A DNA stretch of 64,000 nucleotides from Octopus bimaculoides. Taxonomy: Eukaryota. This document shows positions 36,051 to 50,529 of the stretch, in pieces. Location: the NCBI RefSeq assembly GCF_001194135.2, contig NC_068996.1, positions 2,535,329 to 2,599,328 of the forward strand, given 5' to 3'. The position numbers and the translations under genes are program-made. Each line of letters opens with the position of its first letter. Within the stretch, counting starts at the first letter, position 1. The notes below the pieces were generated by a model. The model worked only from the letters and a program-made list of their open reading frames with translations. It was not told the DNA's origin and made no database searches.

Positions 36051-38044
36051 ATTAGAAGGTTTCCCAGAATATCTTACATCCAATTTGATCACCACTACAT
36101 CATCAACCTAAATCACTTCATGTTGTAGTAAACGGTATAGACTTAGGTAAAGATGGTATAGTTAGAATGGTTGATCTGTGAGCAGTAGCTCATTGTTCTG
36201 CTAATTACATGTGTACCATAGCTCTATTCACTGAGAGCTGACCTGAGACAGTTTTTAACAAGCATGACACTTGATTAATAGCACCATAGATCTAGGTGTG
36301 TGGAAGATGTCACACATAACCAAATCAGTGAACAAAATGGTTTCTGACAAAAGTAGTTTAACAGGCCAGTGTGCTTGAAAGAAACTTGCTAGAATAAGTC
36401 AGTAATTTAAGCACAGTATTCTCCTTCGAAAGAACTAGTTATCAAATATCTACAAATAACACATGTCCTCAGTCTACACAAATTGACTTTCACAGCCATT
36501 ATAAAGAAATGAATTTAGCAACTTCTCTAACTCTAACATTTTCCTTTAGTACACAAAGCTGGATGTTAATTACATAAAGCTTGAAGAAACTAAGTTTATA
36601 TGCCTTTGAATCTCCTCACACCTGTAATTTGGCAAGAAGTCAAAGGTAAAATAAACAAATTAATTTACTTCCAACAGTTCAGCGTTTATGGACTTTGCTT
36701 CCATGTCTCACTTTGTTTGTAAGTCCATCAGATGAGATCATACTTTTGGCTGCAGTAGTTTTGATCTACCAGTAGAGATAAAGATTATGGATCCAAATCT
36801 TCTGAGATGCTTTCCTTTTTAATCTGTTTTTTAATATGATGCAGAAGAATATCTGGCTTATAGCTCTTCTTAATTGCTACAGAACATTAACTGGAATATT
36901 TATTTGTACATTACATTGCCTAAGCATGAAAGCTAAGCAAAATATTTAGAGAATTTCTTAACCAACAGGTTAAGTGAGCCTACATGTGGTTCTTTAGTCT
37001 GATGATTTGGTGCCTAAATCCCCATCTAATCACATTTTAAAAATCAAGGACATTAATACAGTCTTAGATATATCTAGAAAGAAAAGAAAAAGAAATCATG
37101 CCAGTAATGACCGTAACATTTTGGTTATTCATCTGTTGGTTCAGGTCTGGCCTTGAGTAAAGAACAGAAATTCATTATAACATTGTTGTTACCATAACAA
37201 AATAGGTGTAAAAATATAATTGAAACTGTCACAATATCTATGTACAATTTCCAAATTCTTCTATTTTATCTGAACATTTACACTCCACATGAATTCAGCA
37301 CAAACCACAGGTCACAATAAACCATAACTTTTCACTAAGGCTTGTGTGTGTCTGATTATTTTTGTTGTTACAGTCAACACCTCTTTGAAGATTTCTGTTT
37401 TTTATTTTGCGTTATTCTGTCGTCACCATAATCATAGTCATCATCATCGTCATCATTATTTTACTTTAGGAGGCATCTGTCTGGAGACATCAGGAGATAT
37501 TCTTACATGATTGAACCATGACAGATATATTTTGGCTAGATTATTTCACCTTTTGCTGAATTTCTCCTTCTTGTTCTCCTCAGTTAGCATAGTGGTGTGT
37601 TTGTATTTAATCATGTCGTATGTAAATCCATTAGGACTCACTTGTATAAACATGTAGTAGTATAGTTTAGTAGTTTAGTTTAAAGTCATGTAACCATGTT
37701 TGGAAGTGAAAATAAGATTGTACCAAAATGTCATTACTATGGTGAAAACAAAATGGAAAATTAAATCAAGATCAAAATTATATGCACTTCCTGCTATTTT
37801 TTTTTTTGTCTCTTTTTGTTGTAGATGTATTTACAAGTTAGATTATACATGGGAATATGAAGAAGAAGGAGTGGTTTTGATGTCTGTTGTTGACATTGTC
37901 ATTCCATTCCAGGTTCAGCTGTGATCCAGGAATGTTGCAGTTGCACCAGCTCTCCCCCCACCCCCCACCACTAAGTGGCATAGGTAGCAATGTGCATCGA
38001 TGACTACATTCTGCATGGTATTCTATCTCTTTTTCTCAAGACAG

Positions 38045-38330
38045 GGGTGTCAAGGTGTGTGGCCTAGTGGTTAGGGTGTTGTACTCATGATATTAAGATT
38101 GATTCCTGGACTGGATGCTATCTTCTGTTCTTGAGCAAAACATTTCATTTTATGTTGTGCCATTTCACTCAGCTGTAATTCTGTTTAGCCTGTGACAAAC
38201 TGGCATTCAGTGGTGGATGTTGTGATCTCAGTCACCTTATCAGTGTGGAAACCTGGTAATTGAACCCTAGCAGTCAAGACAGTAATGTCCAGCAGTTGAT
38301 GATGAACATCATGTATAATATGGAGGAGAT
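38045..38330 (+). mobile_element. Third tRNA-derived SINE family, decayed
   Basis: gtgtgtggcctagtggttagggtgttg head and ttcttgagcaaaaca; reverse-complement relative at 57225-57400. Confidence 0.65.
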
Positions 38331-38394
38331 TTAGCTGTTATTTTCAGTATGCCTCAATACCTCCTTGTTGATTTGATTCATGTCTGATGTGTTC

Positions 38395-40050
38395 ATATCA
38401 TCATCATCATCATCGTTTAACATCCGTTTTCCATGCTGGCATGGGTTGGATGGTTCGACTGGGGGTGGGGGGTCTGGGAAGCTAGGAGGCTGCACCAGGC
38501 TCCAATCTGATCTGGCAGAGTTTCTACAGCTGGATGCCCTTCCTAACGCCAACCACTCCAAGAGTGTAGTGGGTGCTTTTTATGTGCCACTGGCACAGGA
38601 GCCAGATGGGGCTTGTATCAGCCACGTTCTGGTGGTGCTTTTTACGTGTCACTGGCACAGGAAGCCAAACAGGCGGCGCTGGCATCAGCCACAACTACAA
38701 TTCCATTTGATTGTGGTTTGATTTGATGTTGACGCTGTACTTGTGTTAATAGGTCTCCTCAAGTATGGCATGTTGCTCTACGATCCAAGGGTACTTGGAT
38801 GGTTATGCGACTCTAGTGTAGGCTACAGCTGTGAACTCACTTTATTTGCCGGGTCTTTGCAGTCACAGCATATCTCCAGATGTCTTGGTCTTTCGTCATC
38901 GCCTCCGTGAGGCTCAAAGTTCAAAGGTCATGCTTGACCACTTCATCCCATGTTTTCCTGGGTCTCCCTCTACCACGGGTCCTTCCATTGTTTGGGAATG
39001 GTATTTCTTCACACAGCTCTCCTTATCCATCTGTAGCACGTGACCATACCACCACAGACGTCTCTCTTGCATGCCACACCCTATGCTTCTTATGTCCAAC
39101 ATTTCTCTCAGGGCGCTTACACTCTGTCGCGTGTGCACACTGACATTACACATCCAGCAGATCATGCTAGCTTATTTCTTTCAAGCCTACGCATGTCCTC
39201 CGCAGTCACGGCCCATGTTTCATTGCTGGAAAGTATAGCAGTCATCCGTAGGGGTAGAAGCTTTCTGAACTTTGCCCAGGATATTCTTATTCTAGTGGTA
39301 ACACTCTCTGAGTATCCACCCCCACTACTAACTCGGTCACCTAGGTAATGGAAGCTATCAACTACTTCTAGTTTCTCCCCCTGAAGTATGATGGAATCTG
39401 TTTTCTGAGTATCTGTGGTGTTTATTTCCCCTGTACATCTGCTGCACATGAAAGCTATCTTCCCAGTTAATCTTTCTTTGATGTCTTTGCACCTCTTATG
39501 TGTCCATAGCTTACACTGGGTACATCTTATGTAGTTTCTACCTACACCTTTTCTACAGATTGAACAGGACCATCTACCTGAGGTGGTGGGTGATGTGTTT
39601 ACCTTTCTACTTACTAGGACTTTGGTTTTTGCGACATTGTCTCTAAGGCCCTTTGATTCTAAACCTTGCTTCCACACCCAAAATTTCTTTTCTAGTTCTG
39701 GTAGTGATTCTGCTATGAGCGCCAGGTCATCAGCATAGAGGAGCTCCTAGGGGCAACCTGTCTTGAAATCCTCTGTTATTGCCTGGAGGACTATGATGAA
39801 TAAGAGTGGGCTGAGGGTTGATCCTTGGTGGACCCCTATTTCTACCGGGAATTCTTCACTATACTCATTGCCAACCCTAACCTTACTAACGGCATCTCTC
39901 TATAGGGCCTGTAAAGCCCTTATTAACCATTCATCAATCCTAGTTTCTGCATCGCCCACCAGATAAGGGATCAGGGGACCCTGTCAAAGGCTTTCTCCAA
40001 GTCCACAAAAGCCAAGAATAGGGGTTTATCTTTGTCTAGGTATTTCTCCT
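38395..40050 (-). mobile_element. 5'-truncated RTE LINE: RT with internal PHD finger, 3' UTR and (GAT)n tail
   Basis: AFVDLEKAFDRVP; GVHQGSTLSPLLFIIVLQAI; ELLYADDLALIAE; KTKVLV; SFHYLGD; RLWWYGHVLQM; then the UTR, ending in catcatcatc on the + strand. Confidence 0.92.
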
Positions 40051-41533
40051 GTTATATATGATAAAAGTGGTGCATATGTGTTGGAGTCTTGTTTTTTTTT
40101 TTTTCCTTCTCGTTGTGTAATGTAATGTGTGACTGGTTTTTTTTTTATGTAATGTTTTGCTGTACAAACCTCTTGGCATTGTTCTGACATAAAGTAAGCT
40201 CTCGCTTAGCAGATTATGGTGAAGCTGTTCCAGCAGTCACTCTCCTCTATATTGAGGACACTGTTATCCATTGTGGGTTTTTTTTTAACGTTTTTTTCTT
40301 CTTTTTTCTTACATTGAAGATGATAGGTTTTGATTTGATGGAGATATATTGAATATTTAGAGCAGATTGAATAACGGGACAAACACACATACATACACAC
40401 ACAAATTTATATATGTGTGTATAAACTTGGAATACTGACAATTTAGATTCATTTAATTAAAATTTATTAACGAATACTTTATTTTTATATATTTAGTTCT
40501 ATAATTTATTACTTCACAGTGAGTCAACAGAAATTTAAACACACACACACACACACATTCTCTTTCTTTCTTCCGTACTCTCATTGCACTCTGGTGTGTT
40601 TTATCTTTTATTGTGCATTTCAAAATGTGTGTATAAATATGATATATGTATGTATTGTTGCACAGTTTATGTATATTTTCAAGAAAAAGGATAAGTCTCC
40701 ATGGGTTAAGACGTACTCATTATACTACATGAAGGCAATCAACAATGGTGGTGCATTTAACTGGTGGCCTTTACATGGCATTCTAACACGAAGAAAGCCT
40801 ATAAAATGCTCCATTTACCTGATGCCTCTCACTTCATATGTTGATGCAAACTTTTTCAGCTATAACTAGAAAGTATTGTGTGATTTGAAGAACATTGGAC
40901 TGTTCTTTATGATAGATCAGGTACCCTCGGCAAGTTGTATTATATGTGTAGTATTCATGCCTGTTCAGACACACACACACAAATATTCTGTGTAAAACTA
41001 TATGGGCAGCTGTAAATATATACATATGGGTATATATAGTTATCTTATGTATGAATGTGTATGCTTGTGTATGTATATGTATACATGTAGACATGTTTGT
41101 ATGAATATAGATATGTGTAGTAACAAAACATGAACATCTATGTTTGTTTGAAAGCCATTGTTCTAAGATACAATAGCTCTCATTGAAATTTGTTCATCAA
41201 AAGTCTTTAAATAGAAATCTCCCATCACAATTTTTCTAAAAATCATTTATTGAATTATGTACCAACTTACTACCAGCTCCACAAGGGAAAAATTTGTAAG
41301 ATTTTAAAAAATTAATTTTTTAAAACATATGTAGTTTATTTCCAATAGCTAATTGTCAAAAAAAGAATGTTCAAAATTTTTAATTACATACTTCAATCAA
41401 TTACTTAACTATATTCTCCTCCTTCCCTACATCACCGCCACCATCATAACAATTCTGTTTGGCTTCCATACTGGCATGGGTTAGATGGGTCTTGTGATTT
41501 GTTGCAGTTTGTATGCTCTGGAATCCACCAAAG

Positions 41534-41535
<2 letters not shown>

Positions 41536-41580
<45 letters not shown>
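41536..41580. repeat. (GA)n microsatellite
   Basis: Direct reading. Confidence 0.95.
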
Positions 41581-41584
<4 letters not shown>

Positions 41585-42547
41585 AAAAAGAATATAGCCA
41601 AATTTGTCTTTGTGTATGACTTACAGTAAGGATTGGATTATTAATGTGTTCTCTCTAACTATATCAGTTTCTGTTTGAGATGACTGTCCTCCTTGATAGG
41701 TAACCTACCAGCAACCACTTCACAGAGTGTACTGAGCACAGTAGAATATGCTTGATGTTGGTATGTGTCCTTAACATATTGTTCATTAAAAGGTTAGATA
41801 TGTAGTAAGAAATAATAAACACAGCCAGAGAACCAAATAAATTCTCAGTTGAAGTATTCATTTCATATATCCACGACCCATTTAGTCAGAAGGAAGGTGC
41901 AATGCCCATATTTCTTTATATGTTTTCTGAGATATGTAGAAGGGAGGAAAGTGGAGATCTGTTCCACATATTCACAACACTGTTACCTCTCCACTTGAGG
42001 TACCCAAGGGCCAATTTGGTGGTGTTAAACAAGGTTGCAAGGAAAGACTAGGATTTGAACTCAGAATGCCAAGAGTTGGAAGAAATCTCACAAAGCATTC
42101 TATCTGACTCTCTAGCAATTCAGTCAGTTCATTGATTTTGACCTGTACTTCTATTATCATCCTTAGAATGATCAAAGGCAAATTTGACCAGAGCAGGATT
42201 TGAAATCAGAATGCAAAGAACCAGAATAGCGACCATTTGAGATATTTGTGCAATATACGAACAACTCTGTGATTTTGTCTCTATTATCAAATAATGAGTG
42301 TCCAGTGAGTGGCCAGTTCACAAAACTTGAATTTTTTTCTGACTATTCAATTCATTCCAAGTCAGTGGTATATTTATTATGAAACAGTTTTATTCTACAA
42401 GAATTTAATAACTCTGTGTGTATATGCATATGTGCATGCACATATGCATGTGTGTAGTAGTGCAGGTACAATAAGCACTGAAAGCACACAGGATTTAGTT
42501 CTCTCTCAAATGCTCAGGAAGCTCTCTTGAGGTTGTAGATTGTTTCT

Positions 42548-43487
42548 ATTACCTAGGTGACCAAATAAGCAGTGGTGGAGAATGCTCTGAAAGTATTGTT
42601 TCAAGAATAAGAATAGGATAGAGGAAGTTCAGAGAGCTATTACCTCTGCTGGCAACAAAAAGACTCTCTCTCAGAGTGAAGGGTAGATTGTATGATGGTT
42701 GTGTATAAATGGCTATACTCCACGGGAGTGAGGCATGGGCTCTGAATGTAGAAGACATGTGCAGATTGGAGAGAAATGAAGGTAATATGCTCCACTGGAT
42801 GCGCAACATCAGTGTACATGTAAGACAAGGTGGAAATGTATTGAGAGAAAAGTTGGACATAAAAGGAATCAAATGCAAGAGAGAAGACTATGTTGGTTTG
42901 GAGATGTGATGCATGCGTATGAAGATAGCTGTATAAAAGAAGTGCTGATCATAGAAAGTGGGTGGTACCTGTGGAAGAGAGAGACCCAGGAAGATATGGG
43001 ATGAAGTAGTAAGGATTAATGTCACTCTCCAGTCCTGTCTTCATGACCCTGTTCATTGTATCATTGCTATCTGGTAGCCCCACCCCCTCTATATACCCAG
43101 GTTTTCACTCCTCACTGCATTCTCCTCCCCACTCTACATACACTTCCTTGGCAATGTCCTACCATTTATATTATTACCTCTGTACCTCAAGTGTATGTCC
43201 TGGCACTTGCCACCATATCTCTCCTGTTCTCTCTTGCACTCTTGCTAACTCCCACTTTCCCTTGACCTTGCCACTGCTTGAACCATGTAACAAGCACTCA
43301 GTCCATTCTGCTAGGTGGCTGGCGTTAGGAAGGACATCCAGCTGTAAAAACCCTACCAAAACAGTCACAGAAGTCTGGTGCTGGCTCCTGCTTGGTCAAC
43401 TCCTGTCAAGCTATCCAACACATGCCTGCATGGAAAGCAGACATTAAATGATGATGATGATGATGATGATGATGGTGGTGGTGATGA
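42548..43487 (+). mobile_element. RTE LINE 3' portion with rearranged middle and (GAT)n tail
   Basis: YLGDQISSGGECSESIVSRIRIG*RKFRELLPLL...ILHGSEAWAL... to about 43015; unrelated or inverted segment 43020-43300; standard 3' tail 43300-43487. Confidence 0.8.
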
Positions 43488-44339
43488 TTCTAACTAGTTT
43501 ACTGTTTCTTTTCATTAAAAAAATATTTCTTTCCAAACTCTGATTTAAGCGTAAAATGCTCCCCACCCCCCAAAAATGTTATTTAAAAAGAATTTAATTA
43601 AAAAAATTTTGAAACCAATTAGTATTGTAACAATTTGAGTGTTTTTAACCTACTTGCTAACTGTTGGGTAGAAAAAAAGATATATCAAGAAAGATTGTCT
43701 GTAACAATATTACTCCCTCTTGCCACCAAATTTTGATTTCTTTGTTCCTTTCACTATTTATTTGCTTCCATTTTTTAATTTATTCTCTCTTAATTTGTTT
43801 GAAATATTTTCATAAGAAATGAACTTCTATTAGAGGAGGAAGAGAGTGATCATAGCTTGTAATAACTACTTTGTAATTAGATGTGTCTAGTTTGAATAAG
43901 GCATCTTCCCCCTTGTTTTCAAAAACTTAAGTATCAGCATCAACTGTAGCATTGCTATTTTAACCCATCAGAGATTCTGGTTTTATCCTTCCTTTTTTCC
44001 TGCTCAATCTCATATTAGTTCTCATGCAGCTAACTTATGACCTAGGTGTTTCTGATGTGATTTCTTTGGGATTTTTTTTTTCAGACATGGTGTGTTACAT
44101 TTTTGAATATGCTTTCTTTTAAAGATGATTGAATACAATTTGTGACAGGTTTAGTTGCTATTTCTAGTAGATGCAGCTGGTATTAATTTCTATTTTTTTT
44201 TCTTTTTTTAATGAAAGTTAACATGCTCTAAACGCTAATGCTTAATATGCACGTTTCTCTTCAAATTTGTATTAAAATTAAAGGTTCCATTTATATGGGC
44301 AGTATACTCCTGTCAACAAACTTCATACCTTCTTTCATC

Positions 44340-44707
44340 TTTTACTTGTTTCAGTCTTTGCACTGTGGCCATGCTGGGGCACGACTTTAAAGGGTTTAAC
44401 CAAGCAAATCAATGCCAGTACTTATTTTTAAGTACTTAATCTGTAGGTCTCTATTATTGAATTGCTAAGTTCTAAGGGCATAGACAGTCCAACAACAGTT
44501 GTCAAGCTGTGAGGATAGGAGACAAAGGCAAATACATGCACACATGTATATACAAACAACAGACTTCTTTCAGTTTCCATGTACCAAATCCACTAAACAA
44601 GACTTTGGTGAATCCAGAGCTAAGGTAGAAAACATTTGCTCCTCAAGGTGCCATGCTGTGGGAGACCACATGGTTGTGAAGTAAACTTCTTAGCCACACA
44701 GTCATGT
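44340..44707 (-). mobile_element. CORE-like SINE, near full length
   Basis: ttttacttgtttcagtc...ggccatgctggggcac...cttctttcagtttcc...ccacatggttgtgaagtaaacttcttagccacacagtc is the reverse complement of 29715-30089. Confidence 0.85.
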
Positions 44708-44730
44708 TTGTGTTATATGTACATAATTAG

Positions 44731-44953
44731 CCCTTTCATTACCAACCAAGCTGAAACCGCCTCTGGCTCTGTAGTACAAATGTCTTGTTTTTTCAAAAGT
44801 TTTGAATTAAAATCTTCCACCAAACTTTAGTCATAATTTATGTTCCTAACACTAGCTTAATGATAACTAAGTTATTTTACTAAATTCTTTGTTATATTTA
44901 AAGTAATTGAAAGAAACACAGAGCATCTCAACAGAAGTATGATAACAAAATGG
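44731..44953. mobile_element. piggyBac-type MITE, about 223 bp, decayed
   Basis: ttag|ccctttcattacc ... gataacaaaatgg|ttaa; a partial reverse-complement copy starts at about 55596. Confidence 0.55.
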
Positions 44954-45028
44954 TTAAAAGATTTGGTAAATGACACAGCTAAAGATCAGGGCTTATGTTG
45001 AATTTCCAGATTATTTTAAAATTTAGGT

Positions 45029-45338
45029 CAGTGATTCTCAACTGGGGTCCATATAAGATTTTGGGGGATTCATGCAACAAAATAGTAAATTGAGGATCCA
45101 CAATAGGGCTTCTGAAAAAATTTTGCTTTAAATGTATGTATTGGTATGTATTACAAGAAACAACAAGGTTTTTTTCTCTGACGTTCAACTGACACAAATT
45201 AATGTGCGAGAAATGAATTAGGAATTTTGAAAGAAGCTTCTATGAAATTAGTTTTAAACATCAAATGGCTGTGGGGGCCCATCAGAATAGAATAGTTATC
45301 AAAGGGTTTCATAGGTAAAAAATAGTTGAGAACCCGTG
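45029..45338. mobile_element. hAT (Charlie-type) MITE, 310 bp
   Basis: TIRs cagtgattctcaact / agttgagaacccgtg; perfect 8-bp TSD ATTTAGGT at 45021-45028 and 45339-45346. Confidence 0.92.
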
Positions 45339-47509
45339 ATTTAGGTGTATGTATTGGTCAGTAAGAATAACAGGTGAGTCCTGGGACTTTGCCCACTGCA
45401 CTTTCATGTCCTTTTTGCTTTTCAAATGCTTACAGTTACAAAACTTATATGATCTGAAACAAAAGAATAAAGTTGTTAGTTTTCTTCAAAATGTTATTCC
45501 TGCATTGAAATGTGCTTGGTGTTACCTTTAAAAGATTTGATCTGATGCATGTTTGCTCAGTACATTGGAAGAACGAAAGGAAAAGTTGGCCTGGTAGGGC
45601 TTTGGACTCTTACAAGCACACACATATACATGCATGTATATGTGTGTGTGTGTGTGTGTAATAATGTTTGTTTCTTCTGTATTGTTATATGTAATTAAAC
45701 ATTAAATGACAAGTCATGCAGTATATTTAAATACAGTATCAAATATACTTTTATGAGTAAATGATTAATACTGATTTGCAAATTTTACTGGTTGTTAGCA
45801 TCTTTAAATGCTAAAGCTTTTTCGCTTTTGTTCTGCAGACTTTTTCCATAAATTTTGGTTCATCATATGGATGGAGCCTAGTAGTTTTAATGTAGGTGTG
45901 GTTTAATAGTGTAGTTTTTCTACTTCTCCCTTTTCTCCATTTTCTATTTCTTTCTCTCCTTCATCTCCCTACTCTTCTCGACTTCAATGCCTCTTCAGTA
46001 TCTCCCTTTCCTTTATTTTCTTTTTATTCCATTCTTTCCTTCCAGCTTTTAAGCCACTGCAAAATCATTGCTCTAATCTAATAAAATAATTATATATATG
46101 CCTTGTTTTTGTTCAACCAATAAAAATAATTTGTAGATATTTTTTATGTCACAGCAAATGGAAGTGAAGTATACTAATCTGAGTTGAGCACAACTATGCT
46201 TATCGACATTAAAAGCTGAAAGGCTTCATTGACAGTGCTATCAGATTTCTTAGAGAAAAAAAAAAAAGCAGGAGACTACTGTATATTGGGGCATATCACT
46301 TAAAAATTGATGATTGACGTATCCACCCATGTTTCAGCAGAAAAATGCTCAATATTTGAGAGAAACTTGTATTGTCTTTATCACTTGAGCTAGACTATGT
46401 AGCAGTGTTGAGGTTAGATTCTCCTCTGAAGCATCCACAAAGAGGCATTCTATTATCCCTTTGAATATATGGTGGGTGGTAGCATGCGTTATTTTAGAGT
46501 AAACTGAAATTAAGAAGGCTTGACAGGACATCTGGTTCGTAACTGACTTGGGAGCCATCATCCAGGTCAAACAATGAAATCTGGGCAAAGTTCTAAATTA
46601 TATAGCACTCTCAGCCAGGCAAAAGCCAAATACTCAGCTGGGATAAAGAATTATTGTTATTATTTCTATCAGTACAGCTGTGGTAGCAGAAGTCATCTAA
46701 CAGCAAAAGATATATGGACATTTATGTGTCTCAAAATTGAATGTGAGCTACTAATTTACTTGTATATTAGGGATGAGAGAAAGTAGCTTGGCACGAAAGA
46801 AATTCGTTATATAACCCCAGGCCAATTCTAAACGAGAAACATGGCCCTAGGCATTGCAGCCATAACCACCCTCTCTTGTTTTTTTTTTGTTTTTTTTGAC
46901 AAATATTATCTCTGATAAGGAAGTGTAATTTTAGAGAGATTTGATTGCTATTTCTAATGTATCAAGTGAACTTGTAGAGACTCCTTTTATAGTTCATAAA
47001 ACCCTTTTTTCATATCAGTAATTAGACTCAAGCCACCTAAATGAAAGCTAAGATTCTTAGTAAGGCAAGAAGCACAATCACATCCACGTGGACAGGAATG
47101 AGCATGAGAAGGAGCCTGAGTACAGTCATGAGTTGTGAGTGACTTGTTACTGATGCTAGGTGGTTATGGCAGCATTAATCTCTCCTGCATTCTGACACCT
47201 TCTCAAAGCTTCAGCTTAACTGTCTGGTGGAGGTGACTTGCAAGCCATCCACTCATGGATGTTGTTTAATCCCAGTTCAACTCTGATTAAGTATACATTT
47301 GCTTAAAGGTATTCTAGTTTTGACTATCTCTAGGATTTCATTATCCAGTATGGTCTTCCTATTTTAAAAGAATAGAGTTTAATTTCAGATAAACTAGCTA
47401 TTATTTCTAAGAGATCAAGTGACTTCATAAAGGTCCCTTTATGATTAGTTGGTTGATATATGCAGGAAAAATAATTGTTATGGTATGAACATTAAGTAGA
47501 TGAAAAGCA

Positions 47510-47680
47510 CTCATTACACTCTTGAAGTGCTTGGTGCTAGGAAGGACATCCAGTTACAGAAGCCACGTCAGATCAGACTGGCACTTGTACAGTTCTTACC
47601 AGTTGTTGTCAGAGCATTTAACCGATGCCAGCATGAAAAGCAGACACTAAAATAATAATGGTGATGATGATGATGATGAT
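47510..47680 (+). mobile_element. (GAT)n-tailed repeat (RTE 3' end family)
   Basis: ctaggaaggacatccagtt...gatgccagcatgaaaagcagacactaaa followed by (GAT)n. Confidence 0.7.
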
Positions 47681-48634
47681 ATTACATATTTATATAAACT
47701 GACAATGAAATTATAGAGAACTGGTGGATTTAGATCTTAAAATGTTGAGTCTCACAGATGAGATGGCAAATAGCAGAAATGCTTTGTATTATACAGCAGA
47801 TCTGTTTGACTAATACCAGCTTGATAAAACAGAATTAGCAAATGATATAAGTGAATATGTATAATGGTATTGGTTTGTATGAGTGCCTATATTGAGAGGA
47901 GCTGTAGTTTGTTGGTCAGTTTATTTTTATTCTTTGGAGTAAATTTTAATTTGGCTTTTCAAATATATTTTTCTGAGTATGTTTCGAAAAATATAGGGTA
48001 AATTTTGTTCCAGTTCACTGAATGTGTAATCAAAGAAAAATGTTAAATGTTTGCTGGAATTAAATGTCTCCCCACTCCTAAACTTCCGTCTCTTTATTTT
48101 ATTTTTCTCTCCATCTCATTTTTTTTCTTCTTTATTTTTCCTTCCTAGTATTCAATGCTTAACCATCAAAACAACATTGGCAGATTGCTAAACAGAAAAT
48201 TCCCTGCATTTAGTTAATAAACAAACAAGTAAACAAATTAATGATTATAAAAATAAACAAATAAAGAATGTCTTGAAATTTGACAAACACATTTTATTTT
48301 TCTTCTTAATAGTAACTATGAGTGTGGTGGGGAGGAAGTTTTATTGAGATTTCTGAAATGTTTGCTGTTTGCTTATGTAGTCAGAATATGTAACCATTCA
48401 AAGAATTAAAAAAAAAAAGAAAGAAAAAAGTAAGGAAAACAGATTACTAAAGAACATATGTATAAAAAGAAAAAAAAAACTATGTAGAAAATACTTCTGC
48501 ATTTCATACAGTGGCTATAATGGCAGCTAATAAATACAGAATTTTGAAGAAATTTGAACATCTGAATAACTAAGCATCTGGAACACAGACTTTTTAGATG
48601 CCTAGTTAGTCACCTCTGTCTTTCTTTCTGTCTA

Positions 48635-48666
<32 letters not shown>

Positions 48667-48983
48667 CCTACCTACCTACCACCACCTTATTCCCAGTTCT
48701 CCATTTATTCTGCACCTTATCTCCTCCACTTCCCCTCCAAGCCCCACCCTATACATGCCCTGGACAAAATTCAGAACAGCCTGCCATTATTGTATTTCAT
48801 TCTTAAACAGAAGGTATAGTAAAAAGGAAATTGTTTATACCACTCTTTCTCTTTACACACACACACACACACATGTACGTATGCGCGCGTGTGTGTGTGT
48901 ACTTATATATCTGTATCTATTTCACTATGTTCCAATAATATTCAACCCACTCACTGCCACCACTTTATTCCTTATAAGCACAC

Positions 48984-49058
<75 letters not shown>

Positions 49059-49773
49059 CACACATTCATTTACTCTATCACATGCATATCTTACTCCTGC
49101 AGATATTAACGTACACTCGCTTATACATTCTACACATGCACACTAATATTTATGAATACCTTTTCATATGCTTGAAAGTAGTGACAAACACACACACACA
49201 CACACACACACACGTTTTCACATGTATAGTAATATTAAGACATGCTTGCACATAACACACAATTCCACAGACACACATTTTGTTGCGGTCTGTTGCTCTG
49301 TGAAACAATTAGACAATCATTCCAGATATAATAGTTTCTGAATTTCTAATATGGAATTACCAAACAGATTCTTGACACTTTGCTACAGCTTTACAGTGTC
49401 AAAGATGTGGTTACTAATGTCATTTTCCCTCTCTTTTTTTTTTTTTTTATTATTTCTGGAGTTCATATTAGCTATTTTTGTCTTGTGCTTATTTTGTTTT
49501 TTCCCCCTTTTGATTATCCAAGCTATTTTCAATGTGAAGTCTTGATGCCAAAGTTAAATTTACTGATATTGATTGAAATAGGATAAAACATGATAAAATA
49601 GAATTAAAATAAATAAATAAAAACATTAATATTCATTAACAAAAAGTCTTCAAATTCTAACGTTTGGAATTTAGATGTATGCTCCTCCACATTGTGTGTG
49701 TGTGTGTGTGTGTGTGTGTTTGTCAATGAGTACTATGTATTGTTTCTTTTATTTGCATATATATGTGCATATA

Positions 49774-49808
<35 letters not shown>

Positions 49809-50384
49809 TCACACACACACACGTACATATGTAGGAGTAGTTGTGTAAATACACACACACTCAATTGTATAAAGTTACTACTTCGATCTTTAGTTTCATA
49901 GACTGACATAAAATGCATTCTTTCAAGCATGAATGAATCTATTGCAGAAAACTCTGAGTAGGCAGATATAAAGAAATAAAAGTCAACTACATAAGTTTAA
50001 TAATTTTTTTTTCCCGCCTTCTCTGTATGTGAAAGCAGCTGATTAGTAGAGGTTTTACAATGTCAGTTTGCTTGCAGTAACCAATCCAGCTTTCTGATTA
50101 TCTATGTTCTGAGTTCAAATCTTACTGAGGTTAACTTTGGTTTTTCTCATGCTTTTTAGATTGATAAAGTACCAGCCGTATACTTGGGTCCAGTTTCCAC
50201 TTTCTCTTACTTTTTCTCTCTGACATCATCTGTTTGGGACTATATCAGCTGTGCTTAGGCCTAGTGAGGTCTAAAAATGCTCAAGCAAGCCATACATTAT
50301 AGCTATACTCCTATGACTCCATTAAGTGGCTGAGGATTTTAGGACCCCGGAAACGCATTATATATATATGTATATATAGATAAT

Positions 50385-50484
50385 NNNNNNNNNNNNNNNN
50401 NNNNNNNNNNNNNNNNNNNNNNNNNNNNNNNNNNNNNNNNNNNNNNNNNNNNNNNNNNNNNNNNNNNNNNNNNNNNNNNNNNNN
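50385..50484. other. Assembly gap (100 N)
   Basis: N run flanked by TA repeats. Confidence 1.
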
Positions 50485-50529
50485 TATATATATGGATATA
50501 CATATAATTCCTGACCTAGAGTGACATGG

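Noticed and set aside
46349-46588. 79-aa minus-strand ORF
   Set aside because: No motif or splice support; possibly an unrecognisable transposon relic.
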